Notes under the pieces: generated by a model | The model's database searches: none | What the model saw: only the letters and a program-made list of their open reading frames with translations | Told to the model about the DNA's origin: nothing | Translations under genes and position numbers: made by a program | DNA from: the human T2T-CHM13v2.0 reference genome, Homo sapiens | DNA: 64,000 bases | Strand: one strand, 5' to 3' | Assembly: GCF_009914755.1 (NCBI RefSeq) | Contig: NC_060928.1 | Part shown: piece after piece, positions 15,765 through 29,458 of the stretch | Layout of the letters: each line of letters starts with the position of its first letter | Position numbering within the stretch: position 1 is the stretch's first letter

Positions 15765-15818
15765 AATTTTCTTCTCTTGCGTTTTTCTTTACGCTTTTGT
15801 CTAAAATTAGTAATTGAA
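15765..15818 (-). repeat. Local duplicate of the TRMT10A exon-3 acceptor and 5' coding end (copy of 14944-14997)
   Basis: 51/54 identical by manual alignment, offset 821 bp. Confidence 0.9.
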
Positions 15819-15869
15819 TTTTAAGTAACACAATTACATTTAATATGCCAAAGGGCTATGCAAGGTTTA

Positions 15870-16184
<315 letters not shown>

Positions 16185-17719
16185 TCAATATGATTAAAGT
16201 TAAACCATAAAATAATATAAATAAAACTTTAGACAAATAAATGTCATTTAATTGTAAATATCATTTAAATACCATTTAATATCAATTAAATATTCAGCAA
16301 TGCTAGTAAAGGTCTAAAGAAATGGGGTGTTTCATATACTACTGGTGGTCATGGTACAATTTTTCCAGAAGGCAACACATATATATGTTTTAAGAGCTTC
16401 AAAATCTCTATTTAGACACCCTTTGACTCAGTATTTCCTTAAATTTCTGTAAATAAATCAGAAATGCACACAAAAATGTGCACAAGAGTATATGCAATGC
16501 AGTGTTATTTTTAACAGTGAAAAGTTAGAAACCTCCTGAATGTCAGTGAAAGGAAACTAAACAATTACGGTTAATCTATAACATGGGCAAGGAATATTAA
16601 GCAGCCAGAAAAACTTATATATCCAAAAATATTTAATGATAAGGGGAAACGGTTATACATTAAACAAAATCAAAGAAAACAATATATACATTACGACCAA
16701 CTTTTTTAAAAAGGTATACACACACACGTTTAATTCTTACCCACAGTTTTCTGCATTTTCTAAAGTTATATAATGAAAATATATTGTTTTTAATAAAACA
16801 AAAAATTTTAAAAAGAGATGAAAAGCATCTTTTCTATAGTCTTTTTTAATGCTGTAGAATGAGGGAAACTACAAAAAGACAGAACTGATTTTTAAAACTG
16901 AAATCAATAACCAAGAAATAAATTCACTTGATACAAATTAAAAATAGGGCAATCAAAATGACTTTAAAATAAATTTGGCTGAAATATTTCAGAGAGGTCA
17001 TAAGGGAATAAGAAGTATAAGAACAAGACAGAAAGTTGTGATATAAAAGCAGGCTTTACTAAAAAGTAAAACAAGAATCAGTGAAAAAGAACAGAATCAG
17101 TGAAAAAGAATCTGTGAAAACTAGGAAATGAAGACATAAAAAGTTCAATAGAAGAGACAAACTCCAGATTATCTGGAGTCCCAAGAAGTAACTGATGACT
17201 TAGAAGACAATCTGACTCAGGATGCAGACACAAATAGAACAGAAAAATAATATGGAGGAGCAGTAAAGACTTGGATAACAGAATAAGAGAGATACAGGAA
17301 AAAAAGGTAATTAGAGATAAACATATAGCCTTGAATGCATTCATTAATTTTTTTAAAAAAAATCTAGAAAGTAAGGTAAGCATTCAATTTAAGAAACTGG
17401 AGGTGGGGAAACTGAATAAGCCTAAAAAGGCTAGATGGAAAAAAATTAAAAAATATGTATTTTGATCCCCTGGATCACTTTTATTTTCCTTTCTTGCAAT
17501 ACACAATACATTAAATAAAATTCAGCTATGCAGGTATCCAAAACGACACCGAGTGGAGGAAACTTAAAAGCACAATTAAAATTCACAGGAAACAAATTGC
17601 TCTCTTCATGAAATAATAATATTCCAAGAGAGTACATTTCTGTTTATCAGTGGCATCATTTTCAGTTAGTTCTCTATTTTATTCAAAAACGGCATGTGTT
17701 GATTAGCTCTATGTGAAGA

Positions 17720-18032
17720 TTTTTTTTTTTTTTTTGGAGACAGAGTCTTGCTCTGTCACCCAGGCTGGAGTGCAGTGGCGCGATCTCCGTTCACTGCAAC
17801 CTCCGCCCACTGCAACCTCCGCCTCCCAGGTTCAGGCGATTCTACTGCCTCAACCTTCTGAGTAACTGGGATTACAAGCGCGCGCCACCACGCCTGGCTA
17901 ATTTTTGTATTTTTAGTAGAGAAGGGGTTTCGCCACGTTGGTCAGGCTGGTCTCGAACTCCTGACATCGTGATCCGCCTGCCTCGGCCTCCTGAAGTGCT
18001 GGGATTACAGGCGTGAATCACCAGGCCCGGCC
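17720..18032 (-). mobile_element. AluS with an internal 16-bp tandem duplication
   Basis: Antisense Alu; CACTGCAACCTCCGCC x2 at 17792-17823; TSD TAYGTGAAGA. Confidence 0.92.
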
Positions 18033-18601
18033 TACGTGAAGACTTTTTAAAGAGCAATGTAATGTTTTACAGGTCATGTACACCAGGGGGAGCATATGCC
18101 TTTCCTATCTAAGAAGTCTTAAGTTAAATTTAATATGACCTGTCATAGTACATTAATGTTTCAATCTCTCAAACACAAGGAAAGGTCATGAGATGGTCAA
18201 CATCTTCATCATCATCATCATCATCTTTTTAAAAACTATTCCTAACTAAGAAAACGACTGTACTAAGTGAAGTTTTTAGGCTTTAAATAAGCCAGGTGCA
18301 CTGAGACAAATGGAATGCAACAAAAATGATGCTAACCTGATATCTTATAAATTATTCCGTATAGTATACTTTACAAAGATATCTACCAACTCGCACTGTC
18401 TACACTATACAATAAGTATAATGTATATCTACACTGCACTATGTACTAGCGTGTTCAGATTACCTGTTAAGCAAAACAGCATTTTATTAGGTATACTTGC
18501 TTTCTAATTGTTTTAGTTTGGGCAATAATTTATAAAATTCCATGGCAGAGTTTTTCATTCCTTTCTCACATGCAGTGATGCTCACAGTACATTTTCATTC
18601 A

Positions 18602-19052
<451 letters not shown>

Positions 19053-19271
19053 TTATTAAGTGGGCTTACAAACTATCTCACTTTGTAAGGCAAGGACACA
19101 TCCTACATCAATGAGCACCAAAAGAAAAAAAAAAGTTTTTTAAAACTGCATTAAGTTATGGATTGGGATAAAATAAATAATCGTCGTTAATTTATGACAG
19201 TCTCCTTTTCAGAAAAATCTCAACGAATGTGGGAATAATGCAGATTGGAATTAATGACTTGACAGCGATAG

Positions 19272-19889
<618 letters not shown>

Positions 19890-20326
19890 AGGAATGCCCT
19901 TTTAAAAGACATGCGGACTAAACGTGGAGGAGCGAAAAGCCCTTTGTTCACTTCAGTTGTCAAGCCTTTTGGGCAGAGGGTTGGGAATGGAAGGGGCAGA
20001 TGAAATTCTTTCAGAAAGTGACAAGTAATGTGTTGCCATCCTCTTCATATCTGTAGAAAAATTCCCAAATTTAAAGTATTTCAGTGAAATCAAGTAACAC
20101 TTCGATCTTTATAAAACTGTCCTCAGCTCACAGCACCTGCAGCAACTTCCCCTCGGGCTCTCTACATTTCAGAGAGTTCAGCGACGTCAGCCCTTTGCAG
20201 GAAAAATGAGGTAAGGCAGCTTTAAAGAGGTAAAGCCCACGGTCTCTAGCCACGAAGTGGCAGGGCCATAACACGCTTTCCGGCCCTTTAGAGTACAGAT
20301 TTCCCACTGATTCTTTGCAAACTCAC

Positions 20327-20450
20327 TTTTCACATACTACGGGCCGATGGCAACCCCAAAACACACGCCGACGGAAAGCGCCCCACCACGGGGCGGAGCC
20401 TCGCCCACTATCCCTTCTAGGCTCCCAGCCAGCAAACGCATTTCAGAGAC
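20327..20450 (-). other. TRMT10A: Possible alternative TRMT10A non-coding first exon (5' end unknown)
   Basis: Donor AAA|gtgagt at 20327/20326 inside the CpG island. Confidence 0.4.
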
Positions 20451-20681
20451 GGGATTAAGCTGTCTCTGGCGAACCAGGGAGCAGCTGGGTAGGCCGCGGG
20501 GGGCGCCTGTCATCGACGTCATTTCCTTCAGCAAGAGCGCCGCAGGAAACCACTTCCACACCACTGCTCCCCTCTCCCCCGGAAGCCCTTGTTGCTAGTA
20601 GGGGGCTGCATGGCACGCGCCCCTTTGCGTCCAGAGAATACCATAGTGCGGGGGAGCGCCAACCAGTGCCAGGACACTTAC

Positions 20682-20805
20682 CGAGCTGAAGAGTTGACAG
20701 GGAAGTGAAATCTCAGAAAGAAAGCCTTTCTGGGTTGGCCTGGTTACGGCTCACGCTTCCTTCCACAGAAACTTCAATTCCCAGAGGCAGGGGCGGTAGT
20801 TACGC
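20682..20805 (-). other. TRMT10A: TRMT10A non-coding exon 1 (TSS approximate)
   Basis: Strong donor TCG|gtaagt at 20682/20681; no upstream AUG in this segment. Confidence 0.75.
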
Positions 20806-20849
20806 AGTGGAGGCTACGGCGGTTGCGTCTTACGTCATCGAACTGCGGC

Positions 20850-21006
20850 CATTTCGAACCCGCAATGGAAGAAAGGGGAGGGGTTTATGCGGGGCGGGGT
20901 CTGGAGTTAGTGTTTTGGGAGTGGGAGGTAGTTACAGTGATGTCTGTTTTTTCCCGTTCAAGAATTAAGTGTGTACCTGCAGACGTGTATTCATTCATAT
21001 ATTCTT
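20850..21006 (+). other. MTTP: Upstream alternative MTTP first exon (ATG at 20865; TSS approximate)
   Basis: Donor TCTT|gtgagt at 21006/21007; ATG in good context (gcaATGG); 142 nt open, ending in phase 1. Confidence 0.7.
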
Positions 21007-22304
21007 GTGAGTATTGGATGAAGGAATTAAGATAGTCCCACTGTTAAAAATGCAAAACAACGAAGAAAGGCTCCTAATTTTTCTGTGTTGAAAATGAGAG
21101 AAAAACATCTCTTGCCTATATTATTTTTAATTTATACAGAAAATTACCATATCACATGATTTTACATAACTCAAGTGGAAAATTAAATTCAAAAAGTGAG
21201 TCAGATTCACAATAAAATGCATTTAAATTTAGAATCTGTAAGGCTTTTTTATGGCTGAAGTAAAACAGCCATAGCTTTACTCTTTATTCATTCCTTGAGC
21301 TATTTTTCCTATGCTGTTTTGCAAAACATCAGATGACATTTCATTGTTTATAATACTTGACCTTATATAATCTTTTGCTATATATAGATCATGTCAACTG
21401 AGAGAGAAATGAAATACAACCCCGTAGATTGTCATTTTCTATTTAGTTTTTTTCTCCTCTACTTCTAATAGGTGATTATTGCAGAATTTGAAGGTAAGAA
21501 TGAGGTTTGCATCTTGAATAGAAGACTGGCTTCTCATATAGAAAGAATTTTGAAGTAAATTATCCTTGAAGATATTTGAACATGTTTAAAGGCTTCAGTG
21601 AATAGAAAATTAAATCCAGAATTTGAGATTCTCTAAAAGAGCCGAAATTTCTTTGACTTTAGTTACAAAACTAAAGTCACTCTTGCCATAAGCCCTTAAA
21701 TTTTACTTGAAACACTGTATCAGCTATAACACTGTTGTGAGTCCCTCTTCTGTTTCTTCCTCATCTCAAACCTAAAAGATCTTTGTTAACTGAGCACTGG
21801 CAAAAAAGTCTGGATCCACTTCTGATCTGTTAGTAGGGCATCTTTTTTCAGCTGCCTCCATATGAGGGCAAAGAGTAGCTGAGGGAGGATTAGTAATTGG
21901 ATATGTAGCCCTTCACATGTAGGTCATTAAATTCAGGCTGGCAAAGTGATGTGCCAAATCTTTCCACAGCTGTTCAGTTGCTCCTATGGGATCTGTTTTA
22001 TAAATAATTATACAGTTTTTTCAGAGTTAATACCTGGCCTCCTTAGATATTTTAAACAAAGTTTTAAAGCAAAAAAAACCACTTCATATTCTAATAATGA
22101 AGTCAATAAATTTTCTTTTGACATAGACATTTAACTTTGTAGTCATTTGGTGCAAAATTTAAAATGATTCTATTATTAATCCAAAGTAAGCACCAAAAGA
22201 GCACCAGCAAAAGTCAATTTAACAAAAAATTGAAACATATAGAAAGTTTAAGACGGTGAAATCATGTGAAACAATATTTTCATTGATTTGTAAAATTTAT
22301 GTAT

Positions 22305-22720
22305 TTATTTATTTGACACATGTATCGAGTTCTATGCGTTTTGTCTTAGTATTGGTGATACAGAAATGACGAAATCATGCTCTCTGTGCTTAAGGAATCC
22401 TTAATCTAATAGGGGAGCCAGCAGTAAATAAATACCATACAACATGTACTTGAGATGCTTGTACTTTGAAAGAAGCAACTAAATGCTCCTTGAGGCAGAG
22501 GACATAGTTTTGGAGATTAAATAATTTTGTTTCATCTTGGAAAGTAAGTAGGAGTTGTACAGGTGTCAGAAAAGTGAAGAAGTTTAAGATATTGGGAACA
22601 GTGAAAGCAAAGACCTAAGCGTGTCATAGTTTTGCACATGACTGAAAAGCTGTGGATAGAATGAGGAAGAAGGAGGAGATAATAACCCTAAGGGCTTCTC
22701 TAACTTGGACAACTGTAGGA
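22305..22720 (-). mobile_element. L2 fragment (approximate)
   Basis: TTTATTTATTTGACACATGTATCGAGTTCTATGCG..GGTGATACAGAAATGA resembles an antisense L2 3' end. Confidence 0.55.
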
Positions 22721-22776
22721 ATGCAGTAACATTAACCGGGTCATTTAGGGAATACTGGAAGAAAAATAGGTTTTGA

Positions 22777-23083
22777 GGCCGGGCGTGGTGGCTCACGCCT
22801 GTAATCCCAGCACTTTGGGAGGCCTAGGCGGGCGGATCACGAGGTCAGGAGATCAAGACCACCCTGGCTAAAACAGTGAAACCCCGTCTCTGCTGAAAAT
22901 ACAAAAACTTAGCCGGGCGTGGTGGCGGGCGCCTGTAGTCCCGTCTACTCCGGAGGCTGAGGCAGGAGAATGGCGTGAACCCGGGAGGCGGAGCTTGCGG
23001 TGAGGCGAGATCCTGCCACTGCACTCCAGCCTGGGTGACAGAGTGATACTCCGTCTCAAAAAAAAGAAAAAAAAAAAAAAAAA
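22777..23083 (+). mobile_element. AluY
   Basis: GGATCACGAGGTCAGGAGATC and GAATGGCGTGAACCCGGGAGGCGGAGCTTG; TSD GAAAAATAGGTTTTGA. Confidence 0.95.
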
Positions 23084-24899
23084 GAAAAATAGGTTTTGAA
23101 AAAATAGTTTTGTTTTAAAATATGTGCATTCTGGGGAGTCTGCAGGACATCTGAGTAGAAACAGATTTTAAAAAGAATGAGCACATACTTGTAGTTTAAG
23201 CTAATATAAGAGGTTGGACTCAAAGAGATACTACTCCATGGGTTACAAATGCATAGTATCTATGGGGACTGGAAGGTAGCAAATGAGAGAAGCGTCTAGA
23301 AGGAAAGTATCACAAACCTGAGAGTGCAATTCCTCTTTAATCAGGATAAAAGTTCCAGGAGAGAATATGGGCTTAATGGCACCAGATCTCATTTTTTTAA
23401 GAACAGCCATAAATATGAAATCTGGTTTTAAAGTGTTGGCAGCTATTTTGTTTGTTTTAAAATACTGAGCAGACTAAATAAAATATGTCTGTGGGCTATA
23501 TTCAGACAGTTGGCAACCAGTTTGTTAAATTGGGCCCTAGTTGGTAGAATAAGAAGGAGGCTACAGACAGAACTAGAACTTTAGGACATAAAAATACAGT
23601 AATAACTATGATTATGAACCCCTCCGTAAGTTTGATTTCAAAACATTGGGCAATCATTACAAATTCCATTATTTTAAGCTTAATTCTAAGTCTTAGGATA
23701 CTCTTCAGCAAGTTGGGAGTTGAGGAGATGTGGAAATAGAGTAACACTTGTGAGTACTTTAATTTCAGGCTAGGAAAGCCAAAAAGAAACCCATTTTTAA
23801 ACATGACTTGAAAGGTAGCTACAAGGAAGAATCGGCCACTCATCTATAATCATTTCAACCTGCATTTCGACTGACTCCAAAAATACAGAAAAAAAACTTT
23901 AAAATGTATTTGTACATTTACATACTTATACATACATATTACTGGTATCCTCCCACGTAATATATGAATATTGAAGACTCTGGGAAGGTGATTAGACAGG
24001 CAGTGTAGTCTGTGAACTTCCTGAATCTCCTGATAAAAACAGGTAAAGCATCTAGGATAGACAATAACAAAATCCCAGAAGATAGCTATAACATAACTAG
24101 GTGAAAAGGAATCCCTAAAACCTCAAAATATGAACAGGAAGGAGCAAACCCAACTTAATATCAGCAACTGTGTAGGAGGGAATAGTGGGAAGACAACAGA
24201 TCATCTGAAGACCCTCAGAATGGGAAGGCCCCAAAACTGCCAACAAAAAATCACTAAAAAACAGAGGAAACCAATGTGAGGTCGGCGTCAAAACTGGCAG
24301 GTTGTTCAGCAGACTCTAAGCTCAGCTAAGTGTGAAGGAATGAGCAGGAGGGTCTGAAGCTGCTGGAGGGATGTGAGGCCTGTAAATTCTCGAAACCAAC
24401 AAACTGGAGCTCCGTTCTTGAACATAGCCCAACACTAGGGAGAAACTACTGAAAGTAGAATCCAAATTGAACAGAACAGAGACAATAGGGGCCAACAAAA
24501 AAGCAGATGCAGATAAAAGTGGGAGAGTAGAGAGGAGACAGATCTCAGAAAATATGAAGACACGTGTGTCATTTTATGAAATATTAGAAAAGGAACCTCT
24601 AGAGCCATGAAACTGGAAAAGATATTCTACCCAATCCTCCCTCTTAAAAATACAGAATAACTTAGCCTAAAAATATACCACAGAAAAGGATCATGGTCGA
24701 ATTTCATTTAAAGTTGCTATAATAGAAAAGAGAATATGAAGCAAAAAAAAGTGGATGAAAACTGTAATGTAATATTTCAAAACAGAGAGCAAGTTTTAAA
24801 TAATAGAAAATATTAGAGAACCACATAAAAATGAAAATGATTCAAAAATAAATATTTGAAGATGAATAAAAGAACTCAGACAATAATAAGAAATATAGA

Positions 24900-26360
24900 A
24901 AGCACACACATATATTCACCATTGTACTGGAAATTCTAACCAGTGCAATAAGATTTAAAAAGAAAATAAAAGGAAGGAAGAAATAAAACCATTTGTAGAT
25001 GACTGAATGTCTGTCTAGAAAATCCCCAAAAACATACCAAAAAAAGACGCTCACTAAACTAATAAGCAATTATAGTAAGGTCACATGATATAAGGTTAAC
25101 ATGCAAAAGTCAATTGCCTTCCTATATAGCAGCAGTGCAGAACTGGAACTTGAAATTAAAAAGAAACAACCCCTCCAAAATGAAATAGGTATAAATCTAA
25201 AAAATTTGAGCAGAATCTACATGAAGAAGTTGCAAAACTCTGATGAAAGAAGTCAAAGAAGATCTAAATAAATGGAGAGATATGTGTTCATAGATTGAGA
25301 GACTTGATGCTGTAAAAATGAGCACACCTAGTGTCCAGATCTTGGTTTCTAGTACAGTTCTTCAATAAAGGAAACCAGAGATTCTTGGAGAAATGAGTGA
25401 TTCTAAGATTGGAGTAAAAATGCACAAGATGACCTGGGAGCATCTTGCAGTGCCAGATAATAAGGAGATGCTAAAAACCAAAACTAAAACCAGAACCCAA
25501 ACAAAACACATTTATGGGGTATGTCAAAGGAACGGGGCCAACTGAAGGAACTCCCAGTGGCTAAAGATAGAACAATTGTTGCAACAAAGAAGGATTCAAC
25601 CTTAACCCAAAGTATAAATTAAATATCCACAAGTCCTTATTGATATAGTGATTAAATAAATCAATTGGAAATTAAAGACAAATTTCCCATGTGGAGGAAT
25701 TCAAATAATTTACGTAGCTACTCCACCCTCAAGGAGGAGGAACATAACTCCTCACTCCATAAATGTGGGATGTACATAGCATTTCCTTCCAAAGAGTGCA
25801 CTATGAAAAAAAGGGTGAAGAAAAACAATTAACTTTACAATGGAGAAATCTGACAACACTGCTGAGCCAGGTGATCAAAGTCAATGTAAATAGAGATAAA
25901 TCATGTTGATATTATGTACCTCTGATGTAATGTGGTATCAAGAAAATAGCACTTTACCTCTGTGGTATTCCTCCTCCAAACTTAACAACCTCAGTCAAAT
26001 CATGAGAAAAATACCACAAAAATTCACTAGAGGAATATCTTGCGAAGTATCTGACCATTTCTCCTCAGAGCTATTACAGCCAAGAGGAGCCTAAAGATAC
26101 TTGAGAACTAAATGTAATGTACCCTGGATGGGAGATTGGAAAAGAAAAAAAGAATTAGGTAAAAACAAAAGTAACCTAAATAAAGTATGAATTTTAGTTA
26201 ATAATATATTAATATTGGTTTATTAATAATAACAAATCAACTACACTAATGTAAGTTATTAACAGAAGTAACTGTGCAGGCTATATGAGAAATCTTTGTG
26301 TTATTTTAGCAATTTTTCTGTAAATCTAAAACTGTTATAAACAATAAACCTATTTTAAAG
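24900..26360 (+). mobile_element. L1M ORF2 3' remnant and 3' UTR (approximate)
   Basis: TATTCACCATTGTACTGGAAATTCTA, AAAAGTCAATTGCCTTCCTATA, GAAGATCTAAATAAATGGAGAGAT, and a TGTAAATCTAAAACTG..AATAAA end. Confidence 0.7.
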
Positions 26361-27325
26361 TAACATATACATTATACAATGTGAGAAAATATAATGGCAA
26401 AAAAAGAAAATGCAAGCACAAACTATATTCCGTCTCTCAGGGATAATAATTATTAAGGTGTTCAGTGAATATTGTTCTAATCCTTTTTCTGTGCTCATAT
26501 GTATGTATATTGTTTAAACAAGAAATCTCAAACCATATCTACATCTGCTGTTTACCAGACTGCTTCCTTTACTTACTAAGATATGGTAAATATACTATAT
26601 TTACAAGTTTACATATTTACATATACCAAACTATACAAAATACACACTTTTATAGTATTATTTTAAAATGGCTTCATGGAATTCTGTTGAATTGATACGC
26701 CATAATTTATTGAACTATTTTTGTCATTAACCAAACATGGTATCCAAATTTTCACTATACCACAAAGTTCCTTGTGACACCATTTTTAATGTTTTTTTTT
26801 TGTGCACTTTATGCCTAACTCCACAAGACACTGTTATTAAGAGCCAGTGTGTTTCTCCACCATACTTTCTTTGCTCTTCATCCCTTCTTGCATCTCAGAT
26901 TTTATCTGGGGTCAATTTTTTTCTAATTGAAGCAGATTTTTAAAGATGTCATTTGGAGGAGTCCTTTACTGGTAAATTTTCAGTTTTAGTTTTTCTGGAA
27001 AATCTCTATTTCAAGTTTATACTTAAAAGACATCTTTACAGAATATATATAGAATACTTAATTCACAAGTATTTTCTCTCAGCACATTGAAGACAACATT
27101 CTAATGTCTCCTAATTTTCATTGATACTGTTAATAATTTAGTAGTTGTCTGCTTCTCTTTCTTCTTGAAAATAATCTGTCCTCTCTATCTAGTTCCTTTA
27201 AATATCTTCTCTCTCTCTCTGATATTCTGCAGTTTAATTATGATGTATCTACTTGTGTGTATGTGTGTTTTAAAAATTATCCTGCTTAAGACTTATTGAG
27301 CCTCGTGAATCTGTGGATTGGTATC

Positions 27326-27815
27326 TGTGATAGGCAGACAATGGCTCCCCAAAGATCTTAAATGTCTTAATCTCCAGAACCTGTGATAGTCTAAGTTAAG
27401 GTTGTAGATGAAATTAAAGTTACCAATCCACAGACCTCAGGGTAAAAAGATTATCCTGGATTATTTAGGCAGGCCCAGTATAATCACAAGGATTCATAAA
27501 ACGGAAGAGGGAGACAGAAGAGATGGTCAGAGTGATATGAAGTAAAAAGGATTCAGCTTACTCTTGCTGGATTTGTAAATGCAGGAAGGGACCACGAGTC
27601 AAGGAATGCAGGTAGCTTCTAGAAGCTAGAAAAGGTAAGAAACAAATTCTCCCCTAAAGCCTCCAGAAAGGGATACACCTGCCAATACTTTCATTTTATC
27701 CCTGTGAGACCAGTGTTAGACTTCTGACCTCCAAGAGTATAAGACAATAAATCTGCTGTTTTAAGCCACTAAGTTTTGTGGTAATTTGTTATGGTAGCTA
27801 TGGAGAACTGATACA
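27326..27815 (+). mobile_element. MLT1D-type solo LTR nested in an older L1 fragment
   Basis: TGTGATAGGCAGACAATGGCTCCCCAAAGAT ... GATTATCCTGGATTAT ... AATAAATCTG..TTTAAGCCACTAAGTTT ... AACTGATACA. Confidence 0.85.
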
Positions 27816-29391
27816 GTGCCTTTCAATAGTTCTTGGAAATTCTTCAAATATATTCCCCAAATATTGCCTTTGCACCACTCACTCTATCCTCTATATCTCT
27901 TGACCTCTCTTTAACATTTTTTATTTTCTTATTTTGGTAATTATTTAAAACAATTGGCTTCTTGTTCCACTTCAAATAAATTCATATTTTTATATCTACA
28001 TATTAAGAATTAGTTCATAAATGTAATTGTTGTATCGTATATACTTTAAAAGGAAAATTGCATTTATACTTGGATATTATTATATTTTAGGTTTTGAAAT
28101 TTCTTTTTTTAAATGTCTGATAAATTTATTCTGATCAAAATTAAAATCTTATTGTATTTACAGTAGTCTACTAAAAGAGTTTACATCAATTCTCTCCTTT
28201 AAATGCTAGCAATTCAGTTTTGTGTGGTCAAAGATAATTTAGAATCCTTTTATGGTAACTGATATGATACAAAGGATTTTTTTGGTTGTTGTCAAATTTG
28301 TATGTGCGTATATATGTATAGGGGGTAGAAAATTTGGTTAGTGACTCTATTTTGGAAAAATGAATGTTCTTTTTGGAGTTTTAGATTCCCAGTGTTTCAA
28401 ACCAAGTTTGCTTTTGATAAGGAATTCAGTGAATCTTTATTTTCTCGTAGAGAATTTTTAAACAATACCTTTCAAAATATTGTATGTATTCCTATATAAT
28501 TTTGCCTTGGAATAAAAAAAGTCATCACATTAAGAATATTTTTAACTTAAGAAATTTTTTCAAGATTCTTTCAAAATGCTAACTCCCTCATTGATTTGAA
28601 AATACTTTTAGAGTTTAAACTATTATGACCATGTAGGGATAACTTAAAGTGTCCTTCTAAATTTTTTTTTCATTAATGTCATGCTTCTTTCTAAGAACAA
28701 AGTGTTTCAATGTTATAAACAGACTGTTTTTTCACATAGCTTTCATACATCCTGACTTTCTATATCTAGTAGGGTAATACATTTCCTTCCAACCTTTAGT
28801 GGGGTGAAGTTCATTTGTCTTCTAATCTAAGAAAATACGTTAACTCCTGACAACCTCTGACACTCAACAGAAACACAACTGTACTTTGGAATTAATCATC
28901 CATCTTTATTTCATAGTCTCCTTATTTATCAATGCAAATGGAAGTATAGCAAATATTTCACAGTGTCATGTACTACCTAAGGAATTTCATTGCAATAGCA
29001 TTGTTTTGAAATGTATCATTTGATTTTGATCTAACTATCATAGATCAGTTTTACCCCTGTATGTTCAGCCTGAATGTCTAACCACAATTTCACAAAAATC
29101 AAGGGCTCTGTTAGTTTTCATACAAAATTGTGATGACTTATTATGAAGACAGTCCCAATTAACAATTGCATGTCATCTGTAAGAAATCAATTTTTTTCTC
29201 ACTCCCCACCTGTAATTTTTTTTAAGCAAAGAAGAATACTTGGGTCTAGGTTTCAAGGTTTATTTTTCTGTAGTCCTAATATCACTTCAGTAAATTAATC
29301 TGAGACTCATTTTTCTAATATGTCAAATGACTGTTGTAAGGATTATTATAAAAACGTAAGGTGATTAACAAAGTATGTAATTGTTCCATAG

Positions 29392-29458
29392 ATGGCAGCT
29401 CTTGTTTTTTTACTGTGCTTTGCTTCTGCCCTGCTTCACATATTATGTAAAATAGCTG
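29392..29458 (+). CDS. Candidate alternative MTTP signal-peptide exon (MAALVFLLCFASALLHILCKIA-G)
   Basis: ATG, 22 stop-free mostly hydrophobic codons plus 1 nt, donor CTG|gtgagt in the same phase as MTTP exon 1; TATAAAA at 29347-29353. Expression is not shown by the sequence. Confidence 0.45.

Larger units (their letters stand above)
20170..20935. promoter_or_regulatory. CpG-island bidirectional promoter (TRMT10A and upstream MTTP exon)
   Basis: Only CpG-dense non-Alu stretch in the window. GC boxes (20391, 20891), ETS CCGGAAG (20579), ETS-CRE-like GGAAATGACGTC (- strand, 20515-20526), ZNF143-like ACTTCAATTCCCAGA (20771-20785), TTACGTCA (20830-20837), YY1-like GCGGCCATTT (20845-20854). Confidence 0.85.

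Noticed and set aside
20850-20860. GGTTCGAAAT on the - strand resembling a tRNA B-box in a tRNA-modifier promoter
   Set aside because: Fails the terminal C of the GTTCRANNC consensus; no A-box or cloverleaf visible
20337-20968. Several 75-87-aa ORFs in the CpG island
   Set aside because: Expected in GC-rich DNA; non-ATG or weak starts and no phase-compatible donor
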